A stretch of 64,000 nt of DNA from Cyanobacteriota bacterium (GTDB taxonomy: Bacteria; Cyanobacteriota; Cyanobacteriia; Cyanobacteriales; Nostocaceae). The DNA lies in assembly GCA_046045965.1 (NCBI GenBank), contig JBJOKS010000019.1, positions 1-64,000 on the forward strand. Reading direction: 5' to 3'. This document shows, one piece after another, positions 41,819 through 52,600 of the stretch; position 1 is the first letter of the stretch; each line of letters begins with the position of its first letter. The notes below the pieces were generated by a model. That model was not told where the DNA came from and did no database searches. It saw nothing but the letters and a program-made list of their open reading frames with translations. The position numbers were made by a program, and so were the translations under genes.

Positions 41819-44800
41819 ATGTCAAGACTCTTGGTTACTCAATATCAAACAGAAGTACAAAAAATCATCCAGTTTGGTGGTTCAAGAAAGGAAACTTCTA
41901 TTCGTTTTGCTTTTCAAAATTTGTTAAATGAATATTGCAAACCCCGTGATTTTTTACTTATTCCTGAGTTAGATTTTAAATTACCTAACGGTAAAGTCGT
42001 TTATCCCGATGGTACGGTTAAAGATGCTTTGCGGTTAGATTGGGGTTACTGGGAAAGTAAGGATGAATATGATAATTTAGATCAGGAAATTGAGAAGAAA
42101 TTAAATAAGGGTTATCCTGATAGTAATATTTTATTTGAAGATTCCCAAACTGCGGTTTTAATTCAAGGTGGTACGGAAACTATGCGCGTATCTATGCAAG
42201 ATGCAGACGCGCTAGATGGTATTATTAATAACTTTATAAATTTTGTCCGTCCTGAAGTGCGGGACTTTCGATCAGCGATTGAAGTTTTTAAACAGGATAT
42301 TCCCATTATATTAGATTCTCTCAGAAAGTTGATTGATTGTCAAGAGGGGAATAATCAATCTTTTGAAAGTGCAAGAAATAAGTTTTGGGAACTTTGTAAA
42401 AAGTCCATTAACCCGGAAATTACATTGTTAGATATTCGGGAAATGATGATTCAACATATTTTGACTAAGGATATTTTTATTAATATTTTCAGTGAGTCGC
42501 AGTTTCATCAAGAAAATAATGTTGCGAGGGAGTTACAAGGGGTAATTTCGACGTTTTTTACAGGAAGTTTAAAGCGGAATACTTTGGGAAGTATTGAAAG
42601 ATATTATGCAGTAATTAAAAGAACTGCTGCAAATATTGTCAATCATCAAGAAAAACAGAAGTTTTTGAAAGCATTATACGAGAATTTTTATAAAGCATAT
42701 AATCCCAAAGCTGCGGATAGGTTGGGTATTGTGTATACTCCTAATGAAATTGTCAGGTTTATGATTGAAAGTGTGGATTTTTTAGTACATAAGCATTTTG
42801 GGAAGTTGTTAGCAGATAAAGATGTGGAAATTTTAGATCCTGCGACGGGTACGGGTACGTTTATTACAGAGTTGATTGATTATTTACCTCCCCATTGTTT
42901 ACAGCATAAATATAAACAGGAGATTCATTGTAATGAGGTAGCAATTTTACCTTATTATATAGCGAATTTGAATATTGAATATACTTATAAACAGAAGATG
43001 GGGGTTTATGAGGAGTTTGAGAATATTTGTTTTGTGGATACTTTGGATAATACGTTATTTGCAGGTAAGCAAATGGATTTGTTTGCGATGACTTTGGAGA
43101 ATACGGAGAGGATTAAAAGACAGAATGATCGGACGATTTCGGTTATTATTGGTAATCCTCCTTATAATGCAAAGCAGGAAAATTTTAATGATAATAATGC
43201 AAATCGGAGTTATCAGAATATTGATAAATTGATTAAGGAAAGTTATGTGAAATATAGCAAAGCGCAAAATAATATAGTTCTTTATGATATGTACACTAGA
43301 TTTATTAGATGGGCTGCTGATAGACTAGGTAAAAATGGGATTATAGCGTTTATTACAAATTCATCTTTTATTGATGGGAGAACTTTTGACGGTTTTAGAA
43401 AAGCGATAAGTGATGATTTTAATTATATTTATGTAGTTGACTTACATGGTGATGTCAGAAAAAATCCCAAACTTTCAGGAACTACACATAATGTTTTTGG
43501 GATTCAAACTGGTGTATCTATTATGTTGATGGTGAAAAAACAGAATAGTGATTTTAATAAATGTCAAATATTTTATATTCGTCGTCCAGAATTTGATACA
43601 GCAGAGGAAAAATTAAAGTTTTTATCACAAACGAAATTGAATCAAATTCCTTTTCAACATATCACACCAGATAAAAATCATAATTGGATAAATCAAGCAG
43701 ATAATGATTTTGATGATCTTTTACCTTTGGTGAATAAAGATGTGAAAGCAGGAAAAGCAGAAGAAGCTGTTTTTAAATTGTTTTCAAGAGGTGTAGAAAC
43801 AAATCGAGATGAATGGGTTTATGATTTCAATCAGTCTAGTTTAAAAAATAAAATACTTTTTTTAATAGACACTTTTAATATTTCTGTAGATAATCAAACA
43901 AAAGATTTATCAATTAAATGGAATTCTTCTTTAGAACAAGTGATGACTTCTAAAATTAAATCATATTTTAATGAGGATTTGATGATATCATCCACTTATA
44001 GACCTTTTTGTAAGCTATATCTATATGCAGAGAAAATTTTTAGTCATAGATTAACCCAAAATCACTATGATATGTTTTCAAGTAATCTGAACAGTTCTAA
44101 TATTGTGATTACTTTTCAGAGTTTTGGTAGTAACCGTTCTTTCAATACTTTAGCTAGTGATGTACTTCCAGAAGTACATTTTACAGGTGCAAATCAATGT
44201 CTACCTCTGTATTTTTACGACAAAGAAGGAAACCGCATTGATAATATAACCGACTGGGGACTAAAACAAATTCAAACCCATTATCAAGATGAAACAATCA
44301 CCAAAATAGACATTTTCCATTATACTTATGCAGTATTACATAACCCAGAATACCGCAGAAAATACGAACTAAATTTTAAACGAGAATTTCCCCGTTTACC
44401 CTATTATGAAAACTTCCAAAAATGGGTAAACTGGGGAAAAAAACTCATGGAATTACATATAAATTATGAAACAGTCACACCTTATCAATTAACCCGTGTA
44501 GATATTACCTTAAAAGACACCCAAAAAACCATCAAAGTTAAATTGAAAGCAGATAAAAATCAAGGTGTAATTATCTTAGATGATATTACCACATTAACAG
44601 GAGTTCCTGAAATAGCTTGGGAATATATGTTAGGAAATCGGAGTGCATTAGAATGGATATTAGATCAATATAAAGAAAAGAAACCCAAAGATCCCACCAT
44701 TGCGGAAAAGTTTAATAATTATCGGTTTGCAGATTATAAAGAACAGGTAATAGAACTGTTGATGAGAGTGTGTACAGTGAGTGTAGAGACGATGAAAATA

Positions 44801-44848
44801 ATTAAAGAAATGTCTGAATCAGGATGTCCAGGATTTAAGGATGTATAG
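41819..44848 (+). CDS. Single-chain restriction-modification enzyme (PD-(D/E)XK nuclease, N6-adenine MTase, Type ISP-like TRD)
   Basis: PDGT...WESK, YTPNEIV, LDPATGTGTF, GNPPY, KREFPRLP; no helicase motifs. Confidence 0.85.
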   Translation: MSRLLVTQYQTEVQKIIQFGGSRKETSIRFAFQNLLNEYCKPRDFLLIPELDFKLPNGKVVYPDGTVKDALRLDWGYWESKDEYDNLDQEIEKKLNKGYPDSNILFEDSQTAVLIQGGTETMRVSMQDADALDGIINNFINFVRPEVRDFRSAIEVFKQDIPIILDSLRKLIDCQEGNNQSFESARNKFWELCKKSINPEITLLDIREMMIQHILTKDIFINIFSESQFHQENNVARELQGVISTFFTGSLKRNTLGSIERYYAVIKRTAANIVNHQEKQKFLKALYENFYKAYNPKAADRLGIVYTPNEIVRFMIESVDFLVHKHFGKLLADKDVEILDPATGTGTFITELIDYLPPHCLQHKYKQEIHCNEVAILPYYIANLNIEYTYKQKMGVYEEFENICFVDTLDNTLFAGKQMDLFAMTLENTERIKRQNDRTISVIIGNPPYNAKQENFNDNNANRSYQNIDKLIKESYVKYSKAQNNIVLYDMYTRFIRWAADRLGKNGIIAFITNSSFIDGRTFDGFRKAISDDFNYIYVVDLHGDVRKNPKLSGTTHNVFGIQTGVSIMLMVKKQNSDFNKCQIFYIRRPEFDTAEEKLKFLSQTKLNQIPFQHITPDKNHNWINQADNDFDDLLPLVNKDVKAGKAEEAVFKLFSRGVETNRDEWVYDFNQSSLKNKILFLIDTFNISVDNQTKDLSIKWNSSLEQVMTSKIKSYFNEDLMISSTYRPFCKLYLYAEKIFSHRLTQNHYDMFSSNLNSSNIVITFQSFGSNRSFNTLASDVLPEVHFTGANQCLPLYFYDKEGNRIDNITDWGLKQIQTHYQDETITKIDIFHYTYAVLHNPEYRRKYELNFKREFPRLPYYENFQKWVNWGKKLMELHINYETVTPYQLTRVDITLKDTQKTIKVKLKADKNQGVIILDDITTLTGVPEIAWEYMLGNRSALEWILDQYKEKKPKDPTIAEKFNNYRFADYKEQVIELLMRVCTVSVETMKIIKEMSESGCPGFKDV

Positions 44849-44877
44849 GATACAATATCAGAAATTAAACGCAGATG

Positions 44878-45012
44878 CAATACTGTTCGGTTAAGGATTT
44901 TCGTAGGTTGGGTTGAACAAAGTGAAACCCAACAAAACCTTGTAAACGTCGGGTTTCGTTCCTCAACCCAACCTACAAATTTTATTATTTTGAGCTTAAC
45001 CGAAAAGTATTG
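44878..45012. mobile_element. 135-bp MITE (Nezha-like)
   Basis: 18-bp TIRs CAATACTGTTCGGTTAAG / CTTAACCGAAAAGTATTG (17/18 match); flanking 10-bp direct repeat AACGCAGATG. Confidence 0.85.
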
Positions 45013-45295
45013 AACGCAGATGAACGCAGATAAACGCAGATAATTTTTGCATTTTCTCTGCGTTCTCTGCGTCTCTGTGGTTCGTTAAAAAAGAAATTGT
45101 CAGCATCAGGATAACCAGGATTAAAGGATGTACAGGATGGTAATTGATTAATTTTATGTTGGTGTTTAAGGTGATATTTGTCAGAATTAGATGATAGCAT
45201 TTTTTTAAATACAAATTCCAAATTTTAACATCAACATCCTGTAAATCCTAAAATCCTGGATATCCTGATTCAGACAATATTAAAATTAACTAAAA

Positions 45296-47989
45296 TTAAC
45301 GAGGATAATGTTTAGCTAAAAATTCCCGCGCTTCAGATTCATCCTTAATTGTACCATCAAGAGTAGCAGTCAATAAATCATCCAGAATTTGCTTATATAT
45401 TGGACTAGGTTTATAACCCAATTGTTTTAAATCATTGCCATTTAACAAAGGTTGAAAATTTGCTAAATCAGTTAAATAATACCAAATTTTACGTCTAACT
45501 TTGCGGTGACTTTTCAAAGTAATTAACATCAAAGTTGGTGCATCATATTTTTTCAATAAGTGGACAATTTGACTAGGTAATTCACAACTTGGTAATAATT
45601 GAATTACCTCTGTTTCCATTTCCGCTAATTTCTTTAATCTATTAATACTGTCATCAGCTAATTGCAGATTTTTACCTACCTTTGCTCTATATTTTGGTTC
45701 TAAATGGGCAATTAATAGCTCTAAACGCATTTGCCAAGGATTTAAAGTGTGTTGTTTGTCAAATCTTCGTAAACAAATTTCTAATAAATGTAATTGTCGT
45801 AAAAGTTCAGCATCTAATTTTAGGCTAGGATGGATACACTGCAACGCACCTAAATTATCTAATAATTGTAAAGCAGATTGCCAATAAGGTGCTTCAAAGA
45901 TATGTTTTAATTCTGTTTTTAGGCGAGTTTGTAAAGCAGGAGTTCTGATATTTTCTTGAATTGTTCTGTCATAAACTCCGCTGTTTATAGCATAGCGAAT
46001 ATACTCTTCGGTTCGTTGTTCAATTGTAAATTCAAACCGCACAGCAAAGCGAACACCGCGATAAATACGAGTAGGATCTTCAATAAAACTGTTAGCGTGT
46101 AAAACTCTAATTTGCTTGGCTTGTAAATCTAAAAAACCACCAAAAAAATCTAATAATTCACCACTGCGGGGAGATGTTAACCTTAATGCCATTGCATTAA
46201 TAGTAAAATCTCTTCTATATAAATCTTGACGAATAGAACTCGCTTCTACTTCTGGGTTAGCAGCAGGATAAGGATAAAATTCTGTTCTCGAAGTGGCAAT
46301 ATCTACCCATAATGAATCTAGTTCTGCGTCTTTGTGCCATAATAAAGCAGCAGTTTGAAATGCTCCATGAATTTCCAAACGAGCATTTTGATAAATTTGC
46401 TGGAGTGCTTTTGCTAATTCCACCCCTGCACCCACATCCGCTGCTTGATGAAAACCATCAACTACTAAATCAATATCATTAATCATTAGTGTACCAGTTT
46501 GGGCATTTGCTAATAATAAATCCCGCACTGCACCACCGACTAAATAAAGATGCCATCCGCGTTTTTCTGCTTCTTGGGATGCTATATTTAATAATTGCCA
46601 AAGTTGTGGTTTTAATTTAGCTTGTAATTGTGGTAAATTAATATTAATTTCACTTTTTTTCTCTATTTCCTCATCACTTGCACCTGCTTGATGTAATTCT
46701 CTTAAAACATCGGTGCGAGTAACAATACCAACGAGATTTTCATTTTCTAAAACTGGTAAACGTCCAATGTCATAAATCACCATTAACGACTCAATTTGTG
46801 GTAGGGTTGTATCTGGTGTAATGGTCTTTAAATTTGTTGTCATGTAACCTTTAACTGGTGCATGACTAAAGCCGTGATGTAAAGCAATATCTAAATCACG
46901 TCGAGAGATAATACCAACTAATTTATCTTGATTATTAACAACAGATAAACCAGAATGTCCGTAACGCAGTAAAATTCTTTGAGCTTCAGAAATTGTAGTT
47001 TCTGGTCGAATAGTCCGCACAGGAGAAGACATTAAATCTCTGGCTGTGGGAGGATGGGGAATTTGGGATTTCAAACCATCTAATAGTTGTTGTAAAATTG
47101 ATTGTGAGTCAGTAGTTCTAATATTTAAAGATGCGGCTTGGGAATGTCCACCACCATCAAAAGGTTGAAATAATAAATTAAGATTTGTGTGGGGAATTTG
47201 GGTTCTACCAATTACTGCTAATCTAAATTCACCATCACCCAAAGGATATTCATGTGCCAAAAGTATGGCATCAATTTCTGTTAACTCAATTAGTTCTGAC
47301 GCTAAACCTGATAACCCTGGTACAAACTCATCTGTTTTTAGCGTAATCCAACCAATCGTATATCCGCGCAGACAAAGATATTCTAAATTTTCTAGCGACT
47401 CAGTTAATAATTGTTGCAATTGGGGAGATAAACCAGGATCACGGTAAGTTGAAATTACAGATAAACTTGCCCCTTGCTGCATTAACCAAGCCAAAGCTAA
47501 AGCATCTCTGGGTGTAGACTGCTTATATGTTAAAGAACCAGTATCAACATGAATACCTAACGCCATCACCGTTGCTTGAGCAGAAGTGAGAGAAATTTGG
47601 CATTTTTGCAGTTCTTCCACCATTAAAGTTGTAGTAGCACCCACATTGTCAACATATAATTTTGTCGTGGGAATATCGCTATCTTGTCCGAGATGATGGT
47701 CATAAACAACAATCTCTTGAACATTGGGTAAATCGAACCATGCAGCAGCTTTACCCAAGCGATCGCGCTGTTGAGTATCCACAACCATCAAAGAACGGAT
47801 TTTTTCAGGATTGACAGCACGCCTTTCAATCAGCGAATATTCATCCCGATACAGAGCCAAAAAATCTCTTACAGGTGGATGCGCTCCCCCAGTTAACACA
47901 ATCTTACTCCCTGGCTTGAGGCAAGTTAACCCCACAGCCGCCCCTAAAGCGTCAAAATCAGCAGTTGTGTGACAAAGAATGATATCCAT
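45296..47989 (-). CDS. DHH-CBS-tRNA nucleotidyltransferase (A-adding type)
   Basis: ADFDA, DHH, GGGH, two CBS domains, VGGAVRD, DIDL, RRDFTIN, EDPTRI. Confidence 0.92.
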   Translation of the reverse strand: MDIILCHTTADFDALGAAVGLTCLKPGSKIVLTGGAHPPVRDFLALYRDEYSLIERRAVNPEKIRSLMVVDTQQRDRLGKAAAWFDLPNVQEIVVYDHHLGQDSDIPTTKLYVDNVGATTTLMVEELQKCQISLTSAQATVMALGIHVDTGSLTYKQSTPRDALALAWLMQQGASLSVISTYRDPGLSPQLQQLLTESLENLEYLCLRGYTIGWITLKTDEFVPGLSGLASELIELTEIDAILLAHEYPLGDGEFRLAVIGRTQIPHTNLNLLFQPFDGGGHSQAASLNIRTTDSQSILQQLLDGLKSQIPHPPTARDLMSSPVRTIRPETTISEAQRILLRYGHSGLSVVNNQDKLVGIISRRDLDIALHHGFSHAPVKGYMTTNLKTITPDTTLPQIESLMVIYDIGRLPVLENENLVGIVTRTDVLRELHQAGASDEEIEKKSEININLPQLQAKLKPQLWQLLNIASQEAEKRGWHLYLVGGAVRDLLLANAQTGTLMINDIDLVVDGFHQAADVGAGVELAKALQQIYQNARLEIHGAFQTAALLWHKDAELDSLWVDIATSRTEFYPYPAANPEVEASSIRQDLYRRDFTINAMALRLTSPRSGELLDFFGGFLDLQAKQIRVLHANSFIEDPTRIYRGVRFAVRFEFTIEQRTEEYIRYAINSGVYDRTIQENIRTPALQTRLKTELKHIFEAPYWQSALQLLDNLGALQCIHPSLKLDAELLRQLHLLEICLRRFDKQHTLNPWQMRLELLIAHLEPKYRAKVGKNLQLADDSINRLKKLAEMETEVIQLLPSCELPSQIVHLLKKYDAPTLMLITLKSHRKVRRKIWYYLTDLANFQPLLNGNDLKQLGYKPSPIYKQILDDLLTATLDGTIKDESEAREFLAKHYPR

Positions 47990-47994
47990 GATAG

Positions 47995-48085
47995 GTGATT
48001 GGGGACTGGTGACTGGTGACTGGGGACTGGTGACTGGGAATAACGATTAATTCTAAAGTCCTGAACTCCTGAACTCCTGACTCCT
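47995..48085. repeat. STRR cluster (GGTGACT/GGGGACT, CCTGAACT)n
   Basis: Seen directly. Confidence 0.85.
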
Positions 48086-48244
48086 CTTTCCTGATAACTG
48101 ATCAACTGTTACAAACCGGACGTAAAATATTAATTGTTCAGAAGATCAAGTGAGTTCACAGGGGTCACTGAGCAACCTAGTCTGTCCATCATACCGCGAC
48201 AGTCTGGAGAAAGTTACGATTTCGCTGTGTTGGGAAAAGTAAAA

Positions 48245-48433
48245 ATGACCATAGTATTCCAATTTGCTTTAGTATCTCTAGTTCTGATGTCCTTCGTCCT
48301 AGTTGTTGGTGTTCCCGTTGTTTACGCAACTCCTCAAAACTGGGTTGAATCTAAAAAGCTGCTTTGGGTTGGTTCAGGCGTTTGGATTGCCTTAGTGCTT
48401 TTAGTTGGTTTATTAAACTTTTTTGTGGTGTAG
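48245..48433 (+). CDS. psbZ: Photosystem II protein Z
   Basis: [25 protein letters not shown]; 62 aa from ATG 48245. Confidence 0.95.
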   Translation: MTIVFQFALVSLVLMSFVLVVGVPVVYATPQNWVESKKLLWVGSGVWIALVLLVGLLNFFVV

Positions 48434-48601
48434 CTAACAAATGCGGACAGGCACAAGCGCATAACATAAACAATAGAGGAGCAGAAAAGCTAGAGGAAAC
48501 AGGTGTAAGTAACTTTTTTCTGAACTTGCTTTCCTGCTCTTCTATATTGAACACAGAAAACTGTATTGGCGAAGAAATTATAGTTAATTTAAGAGGCAGT
48601 C

Positions 48602-49159
48602 ATGGCAGTTTTTGAGGGAACATTTACTCAAACAGAGCCTTTAAAGTTTGCGCTGGTAATCGGTCGATTCAATGACCTAGTTACCGTTAAGCTTTTAGAA
48701 GGATGTCAAGATTGCTTAAAACGTCACGGTATAAATCCTGACCCTGAAGGCAATCAAGTAGACTATGTATGGGTTCCAGGAAGTTTTGAAGTTCCTACGG
48801 TAGCTCGTCAGTTGGCACTTTCCCAACGTTATGATGCCATAATTTGTTTGGGTGCAGTGATTAAGGGACAAACGCCTCATTTTGATTATGTATCTGCTGA
48901 AGTAGCTAAGGGTATAGCCGCTGCCAGCTTTCAAACTGGCGTACCCGTAATTTTTGGCATTTTGACCACAGATACCATGCAGCAAGCATTGGAACGAGCC
49001 GGAATAAAAAGCAATCACGGCTGGGATTATGCCATGAACGCCATAGAAATGGCTAGTTTGATGCGTCAGTTACGCCCCAACCTAGCAGAACCTTATGCTC
49101 ATAATGCCCAGTCTTTACCAGCATCACTCCAAAAATCGGTAGAGTCAGAAGTAGTTTAA
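48602..49159 (+). CDS. ribH: 6,7-dimethyl-8-ribityllumazine synthase
   Basis: [29 protein letters not shown]. Confidence 0.97.
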   Translation: MAVFEGTFTQTEPLKFALVIGRFNDLVTVKLLEGCQDCLKRHGINPDPEGNQVDYVWVPGSFEVPTVARQLALSQRYDAIICLGAVIKGQTPHFDYVSAEVAKGIAAASFQTGVPVIFGILTTDTMQQALERAGIKSNHGWDYAMNAIEMASLMRQLRPNLAEPYAHNAQSLPASLQKSVESEVV

Positions 49160-49169
49160 AAGAAGGTTT

Positions 49170-49262
49170 GGGGAGATGGGGAGATGGAGAGAAAATTCTT
49201 TCCCTGTTCCCTGTTCCCTGTTCCCTGTTCCCTGTTCCCTGTTCCCTGTTCCCTGTTCCCTT
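49170..49262. repeat. STRR cluster (GGGAGATG, CCCTGTT)n
   Basis: Seen directly. Confidence 0.9.
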
Positions 49263-49341
49263 GTTTCCCATTTCCAAAAAAAATCAATTTAGGGGTTGAC
49301 AAACCAAAATAAATCTGACAAACTAATATTAAGTTGAGATT

Positions 49342-49413
49342 GCGGGTATAGCTCAGTGGTAGAGCGCAACCTTGCCAAGGTTGATGTCGCGCGTTCGAAT
49401 CGCGTTACCCGCT
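49342..49413 (+). tRNA. trnG: tRNA-Gly(GCC), CCA not encoded
   Basis: GCGGGTA acceptor stem pairs with TACCCGC; anticodon arm CAACCTTGCCAAGGTTG; T-loop GTTCGAATC. Confidence 0.97.
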
Positions 49414-49769
49414 CTGAGAAATGATATCAAACAAATAGTTAAAAAAATAATAGTTAAAAAAATAATTAGGTCTGGGAAATCATGATTCGATTCTCAGACC
49501 TAAAATTTTTAATTGTATTAACTCCTGCCTTCTACCTTCTGCCTTCTGCCTCCTGCCTCCTATTTTGTCCAATTAAAAATAGCGGCTACAATGCTGGCAG
49601 AAATATACTAGAAATAGTGCTAAGTGTGGGGATGTTAGCCATGATCAAAGCTGAGAACGGAAGTCACCGCACTAAGCTGACTTGTGGAAACAGGTGATCC
49701 AAAAAGTAATTTTTGGCATTCCCACCCAAAACCGTTAACAAAAACTCGCTCAAGTTATTTAGACTGCTT

Positions 49770-50177
49770 GTGCCATCTCAAAAACCTGAAAAAATAGACT
49801 TAAATACGGATTATACTTGTCCTTGTCGTCGTCGGGGGCGATTAATTCCCATCACCCTAACAGACGCATTTGGCTGCGATCGCTGTCAGCAAATATTCGT
49901 TGTTGAAGAAAATGGATATGTACTCGAACAACTTTCCACCACCTATCCCTATAAGCGAGCTTGGCGCTGGACAGGGAATAGTTGGAATCTGATCCAACCG
50001 AAATTGAGAGAAAGTTATTTGCCCATAGCTTTAGGCATTATTTTCGTGCTAGTGATTATATGGCTACCATTAGCATTAAGCTGGGCAAAAGGTTCGAGTA
50101 TTATTGCTTGGGCAATAGTGGCGGTGCTATTAGCTATTCTGCCAGCAATTATGGTCTGGCTTACCTACAGACGTTAA
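49770..50177 (+). CDS. Conserved membrane protein with N-terminal Cys motif
   Basis: CPC..R.G.L.PI.LTDAFGCDRC plus two TM helices; GTG start assumed. Confidence 0.75.
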   Translation: MPSQKPEKIDLNTDYTCPCRRRGRLIPITLTDAFGCDRCQQIFVVEENGYVLEQLSTTYPYKRAWRWTGNSWNLIQPKLRESYLPIALGIIFVLVIIWLPLALSWAKGSSIIAWAIVAVLLAILPAIMVWLTYRR

Positions 50178-50181
50178 TTCA

Positions 50182-51447
50182 ATGACTTTTGAAGTTTTTG
50201 ATGATTGTCCCGAACCAGTGAATAGCGCCAAACGCGCTTATCAAGCCTCCCTGAGATTGGGGACAACCAAAGGGGCAGACCGAAGCCGCGCTGTGCTGTC
50301 AATGGCACGGGCGCTAAAACGCTCATTTGACGACATTCTCGAAGCCAATACCCTGGATCTAGAAGCCAGTCGAGAAATGGCAGTACCAGAATTAATTTTG
50401 GACTGGCTGAAATTAACTCCCTCCCGTTTAGAGAATACCGTTGAGATTCTCCAACGCTTGGGAGAATTATCCGATCCGCTGCGACGGGTGAGAAATGCTG
50501 ATTATCAACAGGAAGATTCTCAAAGTTATACCCAGTTGATGCCCTTGGGAGCGATTGGATTTATTTATGAGGCTTTCCCAGAACTAGGGGCGATCGCTGC
50601 TGGTTTTTGCCTGAAAACAGGTAATACTGTGATTCTCAAAGGCAGTACAGAAGCCAGTCATTCTAATGCAGCGATCGCTGAAGTTCTGCAAACAGCCATT
50701 ATTGAAGTTGGTTTACCAGCAGGTTGTATAGAATTAGTTACAACCGAACATGGTACTTCTGTGCGGGATTTAGTCACTCAAGACCAGTATTTAAGTTTAG
50801 TCATTCCCTACGGGCGTTCTAGCTTAATTCAGCAAGTGGTAAGACAAGCAACTTGTCCGGTGTTAAAATCAGCAATGGGCAATTGTTACCTTTACTGGTC
50901 GCTTAATGGTAGCTTAGAGATGGTTCGCTGGATGATTTTAGATAGTCATGAAAGTGAACCAGATCCAGTCAATGCCATTGAAAAAGTTTTAATTCATCGT
51001 CAAGCTTTACCATCTTCTTTATCTGTGTTGTGGAATAGCTTAAAGGATAAAGGCTTTGAACTTAAAGCAGATGCGGAATTAGTAGAAGCCTTTCCCCAAT
51101 TACAACTAGCAAAAGATGGAGAATGGGGAACACCGTATTTAACCAAAACAATAGCATTTAAATTAGTAGATAGTTTAGAAAGTGCGATCGCTTGGATTAA
51201 TCAATATAGTAGCGGTCATGCTGATTCTATAGTTACAGACTCCTACCAAGAAAGTCGCCAATTTGCATTAGGAGTCAATAGCGCCTCTACTTATATTAAT
51301 GCTTCTCCCCGTTTTGCCCGTAACCCCTCACGGGGAGATTCTGTATTTTTGGGAATGTCCAATCAAAAAGGACACCGTAGAGGGTTTATTAGTTTGGAAA
51401 CCTTGACGACTGTGAAGCATATTATCCAGGGAAATGGACGGTTTTAA
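50182..51447 (+). CDS. Gamma-glutamyl phosphate reductase-like protein (divergent ProA paralog)
   Basis: PLGAIGFIYE, KTGN..ILKG, SGHADSIVT, NASPRF, GMSNQK. Confidence 0.85.
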   Translation: MTFEVFDDCPEPVNSAKRAYQASLRLGTTKGADRSRAVLSMARALKRSFDDILEANTLDLEASREMAVPELILDWLKLTPSRLENTVEILQRLGELSDPLRRVRNADYQQEDSQSYTQLMPLGAIGFIYEAFPELGAIAAGFCLKTGNTVILKGSTEASHSNAAIAEVLQTAIIEVGLPAGCIELVTTEHGTSVRDLVTQDQYLSLVIPYGRSSLIQQVVRQATCPVLKSAMGNCYLYWSLNGSLEMVRWMILDSHESEPDPVNAIEKVLIHRQALPSSLSVLWNSLKDKGFELKADAELVEAFPQLQLAKDGEWGTPYLTKTIAFKLVDSLESAIAWINQYSSGHADSIVTDSYQESRQFALGVNSASTYINASPRFARNPSRGDSVFLGMSNQKGHRRGFISLETLTTVKHIIQGNGRF

Positions 51448-51563
51448 AACAGGTGACAGGGAACAGGTGATATTTCAGTAAATACGCTAAAGCAAGCGAT
51501 GTCAAATATATTGCGCTTTAGAAAAACTATGCTACTGTTAGTATAGTTGCTTTAGTGCTATAT

Positions 51564-52568
51564 ATGACTAAACCTAATACGACCGGGCTGAGTAACGAAA
51601 CGTCAAAAAAATTCAACTGGCCTGTCTGGTTTCCCTATCCTAGTTCTTGGTTAAAAGCCATTATTCTGGCTTTATTTTTAAGAGTTATTTCATTTGTATT
51701 TACTAATACGGGAGAGTTAGGCTTTAAAATTGCTAATTTTACCAATAGCCCAGAATTATTTATTATATTTTCAATCTTGGCAATCATATCTCCTATTTTT
51801 GTCATCACTTTTACCCATCACATATTTCATATCATTATTAGTCAATTTTTCCCTAGTATACAAGCCCCAGAAATAGGAAAACCCAAAGGATTTATACCAG
51901 GAATAGTAAGCATTTGGGAAGGGTTATATGGTTGGATGGCTATTTGGTTATCAGGACTAATATCATTTTTAATTTTGATTATTTTCTTTCCCATACTTGA
52001 TATAAATTTTTCTAAATCAGTTGAGTTTTATACAGATTTTGAAGAGGCTATAATAGTTATATTTGGAAGTATTTGGATTATCAATGTAGCTTTATTTTAC
52101 CAAATAGATTTTTTATTTAAAAGACGGCTATTAACCATATCATCAGAAACTGATAAATCAACAAATGAATTACCATCACCGCAAAATGTCAAGCATAAAG
52201 AAAAAGCTGATCATGCCAATTTTGTAGATTTAGAAATGGATAGATTGCGTGGTAGTATGGGATTAACTCAAATGAAAGGTAAGAAAAAATCACCTCCCAA
52301 CGCTCAATCATCTAACGAAGTTACAAAAGAAGATAACTTTCAAATAGCTGTTAAATTAGCCAAGAATGCAGCCCAAATAACGCGAACTGCAAAAACCAAA
52401 ACCGAATGGTATCAAGTAGGTAGAGAGTGGCAAAAAACCATAGAAATGCTCAAAACAGTACCAGTTTCTCATCCTAATTATGCAGTAGCACAAGAAAAGA
52501 TTATTGATTATCAAAAATATATTAACTACGCTCAAAAAATAGTTAATGGCAAACACATCAACAATTAA
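51564..52568 (+). CDS. Hypothetical membrane protein with helical C-terminal domain
   Basis: About four TM helices, then W..AI..LK.VP.SHPNY..AQ.KI..YQ motif. Confidence 0.7.
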   Translation: MTKPNTTGLSNETSKKFNWPVWFPYPSSWLKAIILALFLRVISFVFTNTGELGFKIANFTNSPELFIIFSILAIISPIFVITFTHHIFHIIISQFFPSIQAPEIGKPKGFIPGIVSIWEGLYGWMAIWLSGLISFLILIIFFPILDINFSKSVEFYTDFEEAIIVIFGSIWIINVALFYQIDFLFKRRLLTISSETDKSTNELPSPQNVKHKEKADHANFVDLEMDRLRGSMGLTQMKGKKKSPPNAQSSNEVTKEDNFQIAVKLAKNAAQITRTAKTKTEWYQVGREWQKTIEMLKTVPVSHPNYAVAQEKIIDYQKYINYAQKIVNGKHINN

Positions 52569-52600
52569 AGTAAACCTTAACTTCCCTATCTTTGTGCCTC

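Noticed and set aside
44985..45221. Two short minus-strand ORFs
   Set aside because: They are composed of repeat-family sequence.
49342..49413. tRNA as integration site of an island
   Set aside because: No integrase and no duplicated tRNA 3' end seen in the window.
49630..49700. Glutamine-riboswitch-like sequence (ACGGAAGT)
   Set aside because: Only a short partial match; the flanking stems of the motif are missing.
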